Of a stretch of 6,890 nt of DNA, positions 1 to 6,214 are shown one piece after another. Both the position numbers and the translations under genes were made by a program. The notes below the pieces were generated by a model. It made no database searches, had not been told where the DNA came from, and saw nothing but the letters and a program-made list of their open reading frames with translations. Origin of the DNA: Clostridia bacterium. Lineage in GTDB: Bacteria > Bacillota > Clostridia > Christensenellales > Aristaeellaceae. Position 1 is the first letter of the stretch; each line of letters begins with the position of its first letter. Location of the stretch: positions 1 through 6,890 of the forward strand of contig JAUNDF010000033.1 in NCBI GenBank assembly GCA_030526225.1. The letters run 5' to 3'.

Positions 1-35
1 AAGCAAGAGAGAACAAAGAAAAAAGGTTAAGGAAG

Positions 36-71
36 CTTGTTGTCGTTGTTGTCGCTGTTGTCGTTGTTGTC
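36..71. repeat. Four tandem copies of a 9-bp unit (cTTGTTGTC / GTTGTTGTC / GcTGTTGTC / GTTGTTGTC)
   Basis: Read directly: 36-44, 45-53, 54-62 and 63-71, with one substitution in copies 1 and 3. It lies about 95-130 nt upstream of the predicted operon promoter. On the minus strand it reads as a Thr run directly after an ATG (73..71). Confidence 0.85.
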
Positions 72-164
72 ATTCAAGCCTTCCGGCAGGATTCGTTATA
101 CGGGAGACAAATGCACATTCCTGTTCGGACGGATTCTCAACCGGTTGTCTGCATCATCCTCTCT

Positions 165-192
165 TTGCGTCACAGAATTGATGTGCTATAAT
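165..192 (+). promoter_or_regulatory. SigA/sigma-70-type promoter with extended -10 for the four-gene operon
   Basis: -35 TTGCGT (165-170), 16-nt spacer, then TGcTATAAT. The TG is at 184-185 and the consensus -10 TATAAT at 187-192. The predicted TSS near 199 leaves a leader of about 90-100 nt before the first CDS. Confidence 0.55.
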
Positions 193-286
193 ATACCTTG
201 TCGAAGCAGATACAGCGGTTGAACTGATAGAGAACGTGGGATGGCGTTTTATTTTCCTGATGACTGATACAAGGAAATCGTGAAGG

Positions 287-913
287 GTGAATGATGTGGG
301 AATTTTCGGAAGAGAGATTGATTTAAGCAGCAGTGCAGTCATCGGCTCCGGGCAGTGCAGCCAGGTCTATGCTTATGGTGATGACTTTGCCGTGAAGCTT
401 TTTTTTGATACAATTCCGGAAGAAGAAATCCGGAAGGAATATCACAATACCCTTGTCTTATGTCAAAACGGACTTGCGGCCGTCAAGGTGTACGAATATG
501 TCAATCATCATGGCCGTATCGGAATTCTGATGCAGCGACTGAAGGGAATGTCGGTTGAACGGGCAATCCTTCAGCAGCCGGACAAGCTGGGCTTTTTCGC
601 CGTAAAAATGGCTCGCAATCTGGCGGCCATTCATCAAAAGGATGTTCGGGATGCCGGTCTTTCTGCCTCTTCCGATTTCTATCTGGCCTGCATCGACAAT
701 TGCCTGAAGGACAGGTGGATTTCCGAAGCTGAAAGCCGGAAGCTGAGGGAAATGGTGCGTGCTGTCCCCAATAAAGATAACCTGATTCACGGCGATTATC
801 ACATTTTGAACATGATGATTGAGCAGGATGAAATCAGAATGATTGACCTTGCCGATGTCCGGACAGGCCATCCAATCTATCCAGCCCCAGAAATCACGGA
901 CTGCAGTTTGTGA
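287..913 (+). CDS. Phosphotransferase enzyme family protein (APH / choline-kinase-like fold), apparently C-terminally truncated
   Basis: 208-aa ORF starting at GTG 287. An alternative in-frame GTG at 296 lies 8 nt after GAAGGG (282-287). Kinase-like landmarks occur in order: G-rich loop IGSGQCSQVY, AVK lysine, LIHGDYHILN (HGD at 788-796), IDLAD (842-856) and GHP (866-874). It is colinear with the paralog at 3202..4179. Only 12 residues follow GHP here, against 137 in the paralog. Confidence 0.75.
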   Translation: MNDVGIFGREIDLSSSAVIGSGQCSQVYAYGDDFAVKLFFDTIPEEEIRKEYHNTLVLCQNGLAAVKVYEYVNHHGRIGILMQRLKGMSVERAILQQPDKLGFFAVKMARNLAAIHQKDVRDAGLSASSDFYLACIDNCLKDRWISEAESRKLREMVRAVPNKDNLIHGDYHILNMMIEQDEIRMIDLADVRTGHPIYPAPEITDCSL

Positions 914-3189
914 CAACGCCTTATATCATGTTTCTGGATTCAGACGATACCTATTACCCCGATACCGTCGCCATGTGTCTTCAAAAAATGGCAGAGCATC
1001 ATCCGGATATTGTGGTTTTCCGGATGGCATTCCTCAAGCAGAACGATTCCGTTCAGGAAATTCTGACCGACAGATCCCTTTGGAATCCCATGCAGGAAGA
1101 GGTGGTGCTGACAGGCCGTGAAAAGTACTGTGACGGGCTGTATTCTACCATTCAGTTTTCGGGCAGCAACAAGATGTTCAGGCGGGAACTGATTCAGGCA
1201 AACAACATTGCCTTTGACGAAAAAATCAACATGGCTGAAGACGCGTATTTTGTCATGCTGTGTTTTGAAAAAGCCGGCAAAATTGTTGTTCTGCCTCAGT
1301 TTATCGGCCATTGCTACTTTCTCAACAGCAGCTCCTCTGTGCAGAGCGCGGACAAACCGAGAACAGAAGTTTTGCAGTTCGCCTATGGTTTTCAGCGGAT
1401 GTTTGACCTTTTGATTGAGCATGCTGCGCCAAGCAATCACTTTATTCTTTCCATGCTCCATGCATATATCATGATGGCTTACGGTTCCTCTCAGCTTACA
1501 CTGGAGGACTGGAAGGTGATTCAGGCGAAAATGCGTCCCTATGCGGAAAGATTGACCCCTCCTCCGGAAAACAAGTTCTTCACGAAGGAAGAGGGACTGC
1601 TGGTGTATGAATTCGTCCGGAAGAATATCCTGGAGGAGAAAACGGCTGAAAACTTCAAGCACCATGATTATTTCGACGGTACAGAAAATCTCCTTCGGAT
1701 TCTATGCGAGAACAGGGAAAGCGATTTCGGAAAATTCTATCATTTTTCGGATATCACTTCGATTCATGCATATCAGCGCACCGTTCCTCTGTACAGCCAT
1801 GAATCCTATGACAAGCTGGTTCATATTCAGACCGATGTCGGAGAGAAAAATGTTCTGACTACCAACAGCATCCGGGTTTACGCTTATGATTTTGACGAAA
1901 GCGATGCCATCAAAACCATTCCGGTATCGGAGCAGGAGTGCATCGAGCTTGGCAGCTGCCTGACCAATGTGATTGCAAATCAAGTGACCTTTTTGATGAT
2001 GGAATCTCTGCCCAGGGCGCAGCTTTTGAACGACCGGACCTACAACGATTCCATCAGCGGCATTATGATCTGCAGTGCTTTGGGCAAGTATGCCATGGTG
2101 GCTGCCAATGTTCCCGGCGAATTCACCTCGCCGTTTTCGGTGATTTTCCCCAAAAAGGGAATCGATACCGGCTATCTGAACCTGCTCTTTGCCCTCAGAA
2201 ATCCGGACATTACCCAAATTGTTGCCGCAAACAGCTGGGTTGTGCTCAATTGCTTTGAGCGGATGTTTGCCCAGCTTGAGGAATTCTGCGGCTGTATTGA
2301 AAGCGGAAGGATTGATGCGGCGGACGAGGCGACGCTGAACCTCGCCAGACAGCTGACCGGCCTATGGGTTCCCGACAAAGAACGCGCGGATTTCATCCGC
2401 TGGGCCATGAAAACGCTGCCCAAAGAGCAGGCAATCCGGGTCATTTGGCCCAAGCTGAAGCGGATTGTCGCAAGAGGCGGGGGACGATATGCCCTGTATT
2501 CCGATCAGCTGAAGCCCTGCATTGGAGATATCCCCGTCGTCTCCGGAAATCTGATTACTCCTTTTGGCCTTTTGGCGGAGGAGACCGGGGAACAGCATGT
2601 ATATAAGCTGCGCCTTGACAAAGCCTTTTATGAGTTCATTCCGATGAGTCTTGGCGATGCGGCCGCGCCGGTGCTCTTTTCCGACCTGAAGTGCGGTCAG
2701 ATTTATGAGCTGGTCATTACGAATCATGCCGGTGCCTACCGTATGCGCAGCAATCTCTATATCCAGCCTGTCCGGAAGGAACCGGAGGAGCTATGGTTTG
2801 TCGAGTGTGCAAAGCCGGTATGTGACGGTGCCGGATTGCTTTGTACCGACGCGGAAATCTATCATGTGCTCAAAGAAATCATCGGCTGTGCGCTGTATGA
2901 TTACAGCTATCACTATCAGGCTGAAGATAAAAAACTGACCATCTATGCCGAAACCGATATGGATGAGGCACAGGGTCAGGCGTGTTGTGACCGGATTGCC
3001 GGGCACTTTACAAGCATCGATGGCATTGATAAGTGTCAGCTGTACTTTGTGGAAAAAGAGACCCGGCGCAGGCTTCGGGATCTCCGGCGTTCCCGCTATG
3101 CAATTTCAGGCGATTGCATAGAGCCGGTCAGAAACCTGAACGATCAAGCCATCATCAACAGCATGAACGCCTGGAATCAGATGCGATAA
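910..3189 (+). CDS. Fusion protein: N-terminally incomplete glycosyltransferase family 2 (GT-A) domain plus GH3-family (acyl-acid amido synthetase-like) domain with divergent active-site motifs
   Basis: 759-aa ORF. GTG 910 overlaps the upstream stop (GTGA), and the first ATG is at 928.
Residues 1 to about 145 carry GT2 signatures: YIMFLDSDD (DXD at 937-948), NKMFRRELI and NMAEDAYF.
Residues from about 258 to 759 carry GH3 signatures: YQRTVPLYSHESYDKL, KTIPVSEQ, IWPKLKRIV..GG.YALY, FYEFIP and YELVITNHAGAYRMR.
The start codon is uncertain because I found no clear RBS. Confidence 0.85.
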   Translation: MTTPYIMFLDSDDTYYPDTVAMCLQKMAEHHPDIVVFRMAFLKQNDSVQEILTDRSLWNPMQEEVVLTGREKYCDGLYSTIQFSGSNKMFRRELIQANNIAFDEKINMAEDAYFVMLCFEKAGKIVVLPQFIGHCYFLNSSSSVQSADKPRTEVLQFAYGFQRMFDLLIEHAAPSNHFILSMLHAYIMMAYGSSQLTLEDWKVIQAKMRPYAERLTPPPENKFFTKEEGLLVYEFVRKNILEEKTAENFKHHDYFDGTENLLRILCENRESDFGKFYHFSDITSIHAYQRTVPLYSHESYDKLVHIQTDVGEKNVLTTNSIRVYAYDFDESDAIKTIPVSEQECIELGSCLTNVIANQVTFLMMESLPRAQLLNDRTYNDSISGIMICSALGKYAMVAANVPGEFTSPFSVIFPKKGIDTGYLNLLFALRNPDITQIVAANSWVVLNCFERMFAQLEEFCGCIESGRIDAADEATLNLARQLTGLWVPDKERADFIRWAMKTLPKEQAIRVIWPKLKRIVARGGGRYALYSDQLKPCIGDIPVVSGNLITPFGLLAEETGEQHVYKLRLDKAFYEFIPMSLGDAAAPVLFSDLKCGQIYELVITNHAGAYRMRSNLYIQPVRKEPEELWFVECAKPVCDGAGLLCTDAEIYHVLKEIIGCALYDYSYHYQAEDKKLTIYAETDMDEAQGQACCDRIAGHFTSIDGIDKCQLYFVEKETRRRLRDLRRSRYAISGDCIEPVRNLNDQAIINSMNAWNQMR

Positions 3190-3201
3190 GGGTTGGTTTA
3201 C

Positions 3202-4179
3202 ATGGAAGACATCATCGATTTTTCCCGCCTTCCGGTGATGGGTGAGGGCGTAACGGCGGTCACCTATCTGCTCAGTGAAACAAGGGTAATAAAAGCCTAT
3301 AAAAAAGGCGTTCCCCTTGAGATGATTGAGTCGGAACGAAAAATCTCGGAGACTCTCTGCCGGTATGGCATCCGCACGCCGGTATGCTATGAAACAGTCA
3401 GGACGGCAGAAGGGTATGGCAATGTCTATCAGGCCATGCGCGGCGGTACCCTGACAAAACGGATGCTGCAGGCAGACGAAGAGGGCCTGCGGGCGTGGAT
3501 GCAGCAATACGCCGGTTTGGCAAAGGAATTGCACGGCGTACGGGCTGAACATGATATTAACGATTGCCTTGAAATCTACCGGTTTCACCTGAAACTCACA
3601 AGGGACTTGCTGACAGATGAGGTCATTTCACTGGCAGAGAGAACCTTGAGCGGCATTCCCGGCGCAAGCAATCTGCTTCATGGGGATATGTCCCCGGGAA
3701 ATATCATGCTGGATGAGGGACAGCTTTACTTTATTGATTTGGCAACCGTCACCAAGGGACACCCTGCTTTGGACCTGACCGTGCCCTATATGGTGACCCT
3801 CATGTGGCCAAGGTTTGCCGCTATGGCAAAGGCCATGACGGAGGACGAGCGCGCTGCGCAGCCTGCCTGGTTTGGGTACCTGAACCGATATACGGAAAAA
3901 GCCCTGAGCGAGGAAGCGGGCCGCATGGCCTGGGTCAGCTTTTTGAAGGAATACTTCTGCCTTGCATCAAACGAAGAGGCACTTGTTTGGGAGATCACGA
4001 AGCTGATTCGCTATATTGCGATGGTAAAATACTGCTTGTGCGGCTCCTTTCAGGCAATCTACCCTGATGAGCTGGTTCATAAAATGGCTGAATTTTATAG
4101 CGGTCAGCTGCTTTCCTGTGAGGAGCCTGACCTGGAGTTGTTGAAAGATGATCGATGGAATCTTCAAAAAGCTGAGTAA
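3202..4179 (+). CDS. Phosphotransferase enzyme family protein (APH / choline-kinase-like), full length
   Basis: ATG 3202 lies 9 nt after AAGGG (3188-3192) and 12 nt after the upstream stop. The track's TTG 3193 has no spacer to that RBS. Motifs: MGEGVTAVTY, VIKAYKK, LLHGDMSPGN (HGD at 3679-3687), FIDLATVTKGHPALDL, followed by a C-terminal region of about 135 aa. Confidence 0.9.
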   Translation: MEDIIDFSRLPVMGEGVTAVTYLLSETRVIKAYKKGVPLEMIESERKISETLCRYGIRTPVCYETVRTAEGYGNVYQAMRGGTLTKRMLQADEEGLRAWMQQYAGLAKELHGVRAEHDINDCLEIYRFHLKLTRDLLTDEVISLAERTLSGIPGASNLLHGDMSPGNIMLDEGQLYFIDLATVTKGHPALDLTVPYMVTLMWPRFAAMAKAMTEDERAAQPAWFGYLNRYTEKALSEEAGRMAWVSFLKEYFCLASNEEALVWEITKLIRYIAMVKYCLCGSFQAIYPDELVHKMAEFYSGQLLSCEEPDLELLKDDRWNLQKAE

Positions 4180-5851
4180 CATCCAGATAGTGGTCAGCAT
4201 TACCGCTTCTATTTCCATGATTGTGGATGGCGCGTTTATCGGCAGAAGTCTGGGCATGGACGGTGTGGCGGCAGCGGGGTTGATTACCCCTGTTTTAATG
4301 ATCATTCTGGCCTTCAGCGGCGTTCTGAGTGCCGGCGGTCAGCTGATTGTCGGCCGGAAAATGGGCAGCGGAGACAGGGATGCTGCTATCGGTGCCATGT
4401 CCGTATGCTTTTTCATGGCGGTATTCAGCGGGCTGTTCCTTACGGGGCTTGTTTTTGCCTTTACCAACCCGATCTGCATGCTTTTGGGTGCCCGGCCGGG
4501 GTCAAAGCTGCTGGCAATGTCCGGGCAGTATCTGCGGGGCTATGTGCTTGGCAATGCAGGCATCATCGGTGTGCTGAGCATGGTTCCCCTTTTGAATCTT
4601 GACGGAGATAAAAAAAGAAGCTTTGCCGCCGCGTGGATAATCACGATGACGGATATTGTTTTGGACATTGCGGCGGTGCTTGTCTTTCCGGGGCAGATAT
4701 TCGCCATCGCGCTGGCAACATCCATCAGCTATCTGGTTGGCTTTATGGTGATGTGCGGCCATTTTGCGAAGAATGACCGGCATTTTATGCTGAAAATCCG
4801 CCTGAAAAACCTCCCGTGGCGGGACGGCATACAGATGCTTGTGCTGGGACTCCCCGCGGCGCTGCAAAAGGCTTTGAGAACCTTGCTCAGCTTTACGGTG
4901 AATCATATCCTTTTGGCGGTAGGCGGTCCTGTTGCCCTGGCAGGGTTTTCCATTGTGAGTCAGATTGGGAACCTGCTGAATTCAGTCGGTCAGGGGCTCA
5001 GCGCCGCAACGCTGACCATCGCCGGTGTGATGCATGGGGAAAAGATCAAAAAGAATCTGCGGGATCTCTATAGAGCCTTTATCAAGTACTCGGTTTGGTG
5101 GAATCTGGTGGTGGCGGCCATTGGCATCATCGGGGCTGATGTGCTCGTAAGCATCTTCATGTCTGCCAAAAAGGTAGATGTTTCGGCGGTTGTGATGGGC
5201 GTGAGGATTTTCTCCCTTGATTTTGTATTCTACTCGCTCTGCCTTTGTGCCAAAAGCTACTATCAGGGGATTAAGCGAATGTCTGTGAATTACCTGATTA
5301 CGATTGTGGAAGGCTATGGATGCATCGCATTCTTCACATTCGTCCTCGGTCACTTCTTCGGGTTCTACGGCGTATGTCTGGGCTATGGCCTGGGAGATGC
5401 CGTCAGTCTTTTGAGCATTGCGGCGGGCGTATGGATGACGAAGAAAAGATTTCCCAAGCGTCTGGATGACTATCTGCTTTTGCAGGAAGATGAGATGATA
5501 CCCGAAGACCGGGTCTACCACGTCGATGTAACGGGGCCGGAGGACATCGGCCGCATCAGCAGAGAATCCGCTGCCTTTATGCAACAACACTTGCGCACCC
5601 GGGAAAGCATAGCGGATATGGAAACCCTGCTGATGCCCCTGATGCTGCAGGGCTTTCCGAATACGAAAAAACCGGCGGCAGAAATCAGCCTGATTTGTCA
5701 GGATACTGCTGCTGTGCTTCTGGTCAGCGATAACTGTACCGGATTCTCGCTGGTTGATGCCATCAGCAAAGAAAAAATCCCCTCCGCGGTACAGGAGATG
5801 GAACATTATCAGGTGCTGGGCATCAACAAAACCAAAATCCGACTTCACTGA
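4148..5851 (+). CDS. MATE (MOP superfamily) efflux transporter with an appended C-terminal cytoplasmic domain of about 135 aa
   Basis: 567-aa ORF. ATG 4148 lies 10 nt after GGAG (4134-4137) and overlaps the kinase gene by 32 nt. The N-terminus, SMIVDGAFIGRSLGMDGVAAAGLITPV, is the typical MATE TM1 signature. Hydrophobic segments continue to about residue 430. Residues from about 431 to 567 (nt 5438-5848) are hydrophilic. Confidence 0.9.
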   Translation: MIDGIFKKLSNIQIVVSITASISMIVDGAFIGRSLGMDGVAAAGLITPVLMIILAFSGVLSAGGQLIVGRKMGSGDRDAAIGAMSVCFFMAVFSGLFLTGLVFAFTNPICMLLGARPGSKLLAMSGQYLRGYVLGNAGIIGVLSMVPLLNLDGDKKRSFAAAWIITMTDIVLDIAAVLVFPGQIFAIALATSISYLVGFMVMCGHFAKNDRHFMLKIRLKNLPWRDGIQMLVLGLPAALQKALRTLLSFTVNHILLAVGGPVALAGFSIVSQIGNLLNSVGQGLSAATLTIAGVMHGEKIKKNLRDLYRAFIKYSVWWNLVVAAIGIIGADVLVSIFMSAKKVDVSAVVMGVRIFSLDFVFYSLCLCAKSYYQGIKRMSVNYLITIVEGYGCIAFFTFVLGHFFGFYGVCLGYGLGDAVSLLSIAAGVWMTKKRFPKRLDDYLLLQEDEMIPEDRVYHVDVTGPEDIGRISRESAAFMQQHLRTRESIADMETLLMPLMLQGFPNTKKPAAEISLICQDTAAVLLVSDNCTGFSLVDAISKEKIPSAVQEMEHYQVLGINKTKIRLH

Positions 5852-5879
5852 AGCTTGTTCCTTTGCCCTTACCCGAATC

Positions 5880-5925
5880 ATAAAGCCCGCTCTGACATCA
5901 TCGCCGGAGCGGGCTTTATCTTGTC
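5880..5925 (+). terminator. Rho-independent-type terminator of the operon
   Basis: Perfect 13-bp stem: ATAAAGCCCGCTC (5880-5892) pairs with GAGCGGGCTTTAT (5907-5919). The loop is 14 nt and the tail is moderately T-rich (CTTGTC). It starts 29 nt after the MATE stop codon. Confidence 0.6.
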
Positions 5926-5960
5926 AACATCTTGTCACGCGATGACAAGATGATAAGATG
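5918..5960. repeat. Composite direct/inverted repeat of ATCTTGTCA
   Basis: ATCTTGTCA occurs at 5918-5926 and 5929-5937. Its inverted copy TGACAAGAT is at 5943-5951, followed by a degenerate copy ATAAGATG. Positions 5928-5937 and 5943-5952 form a perfect 10-bp stem around the 5-nt loop CGCGA. Confidence 0.7.
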
Positions 5961-5996
5961 CTGAATCAATACACCTTTGCCTGACTGAAAACAAAC

Positions 5997-6024
5997 GGTT
6001 ACATGCAGCTTGAAAAATGTAACC
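5997..6024. other. 8-bp perfect hairpin (GGTTACAT / ATGTAACC) with a 12-nt loop
   Basis: Read directly. On the minus strand the stem is followed by GTTTGTTTTC (complement of 5987-5996), which resembles a terminator tail. No T-run follows on the plus strand. Confidence 0.4.
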
Positions 6025-6159
6025 ACCACTTGCAAAACACAATCCCCATCCGCAGCGTAATTTTTACAAGCAGGCAACGACAAAATAATGGTAAAAATTT
6101 CAATTATTTCACTAAATATGTCAATATTGGTCTTGTTTTGTTGGAGTAAATAGCATATA

Positions 6160-6187
6160 TTGTAAGTGTATAAATATATCCTAAAAT
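6160..6187 (+). promoter_or_regulatory. Candidate sigma-70-type promoter for the downstream secreted-protein gene
   Basis: TTGTAA (6160-6165), 16-nt spacer, TAAAAT (6182-6187), about 28 nt upstream of ATG 6215. The region is AT-rich. An alternative is TTGTTT (6134-6139), 17 nt, then TATATT (6157-6162). Confidence 0.35.
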
Positions 6188-6214
6188 GGTTACAGGCAAA
6201 CCAGGGAGGAACAC

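Noticed and set aside
37-222. Plus-strand 61-aa ORF starting MLSLLSLLSLLS
   Set aside because: The Leu/Ser periodicity is just the 9-bp DNA repeat read in another frame. The ORF uses a TTG start and runs straight through the predicted -35/-10 of the operon promoter.
233-257. Possible attenuator or riboswitch in the roughly 90-nt leader: AACG...CGTT followed by TTATTTTCC
   Set aside because: The stem is only 4-5 bp including a possible G-U pair, and I recognise no riboswitch core. This is too weak to call. The leader length itself remains mildly notable.
843-1121. 92-aa plus-strand ORF spanning the kinase/GT2 junction in the third frame
   Set aside because: It overlaps two frames that each carry clear family motifs. 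Its Arg/Ser/Gly-rich translation has no recognisable features.
940-1665. Long minus-strand ORFs antisense to the operon genes: 940..1665, 1702..2217, 2172..2453, 2362..2727, 3106..3588, 3967..4305, 4502..4906 and 4982..5881
   Set aside because: Each lies entirely inside a plus-strand gene with strong family signatures. Their translations are low-complexity or His/Arg/Gln-rich without recognisable motifs, and none has a convincing RBS. They look like typical shadow ORFs.
3193-3201. TTG 3193 as the start of the second kinase, as given in the ORF track
   Set aside because: The AAGGG RBS (3188-3192) directly abuts it with no spacer, whereas ATG 3202 sits at an ideal 9-nt distance. I call 3202 as the start.
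6003-6149. 48-aa ORF in the intergenic spacer (MQLEKCNHHLQNTIPIRSV...)
   Set aside because: It has no RBS upstream and starts inside the 5997-6024 hairpin. Its AT-rich composition is typical of non-coding spacer, and it overlaps the candidate promoter of the next gene.
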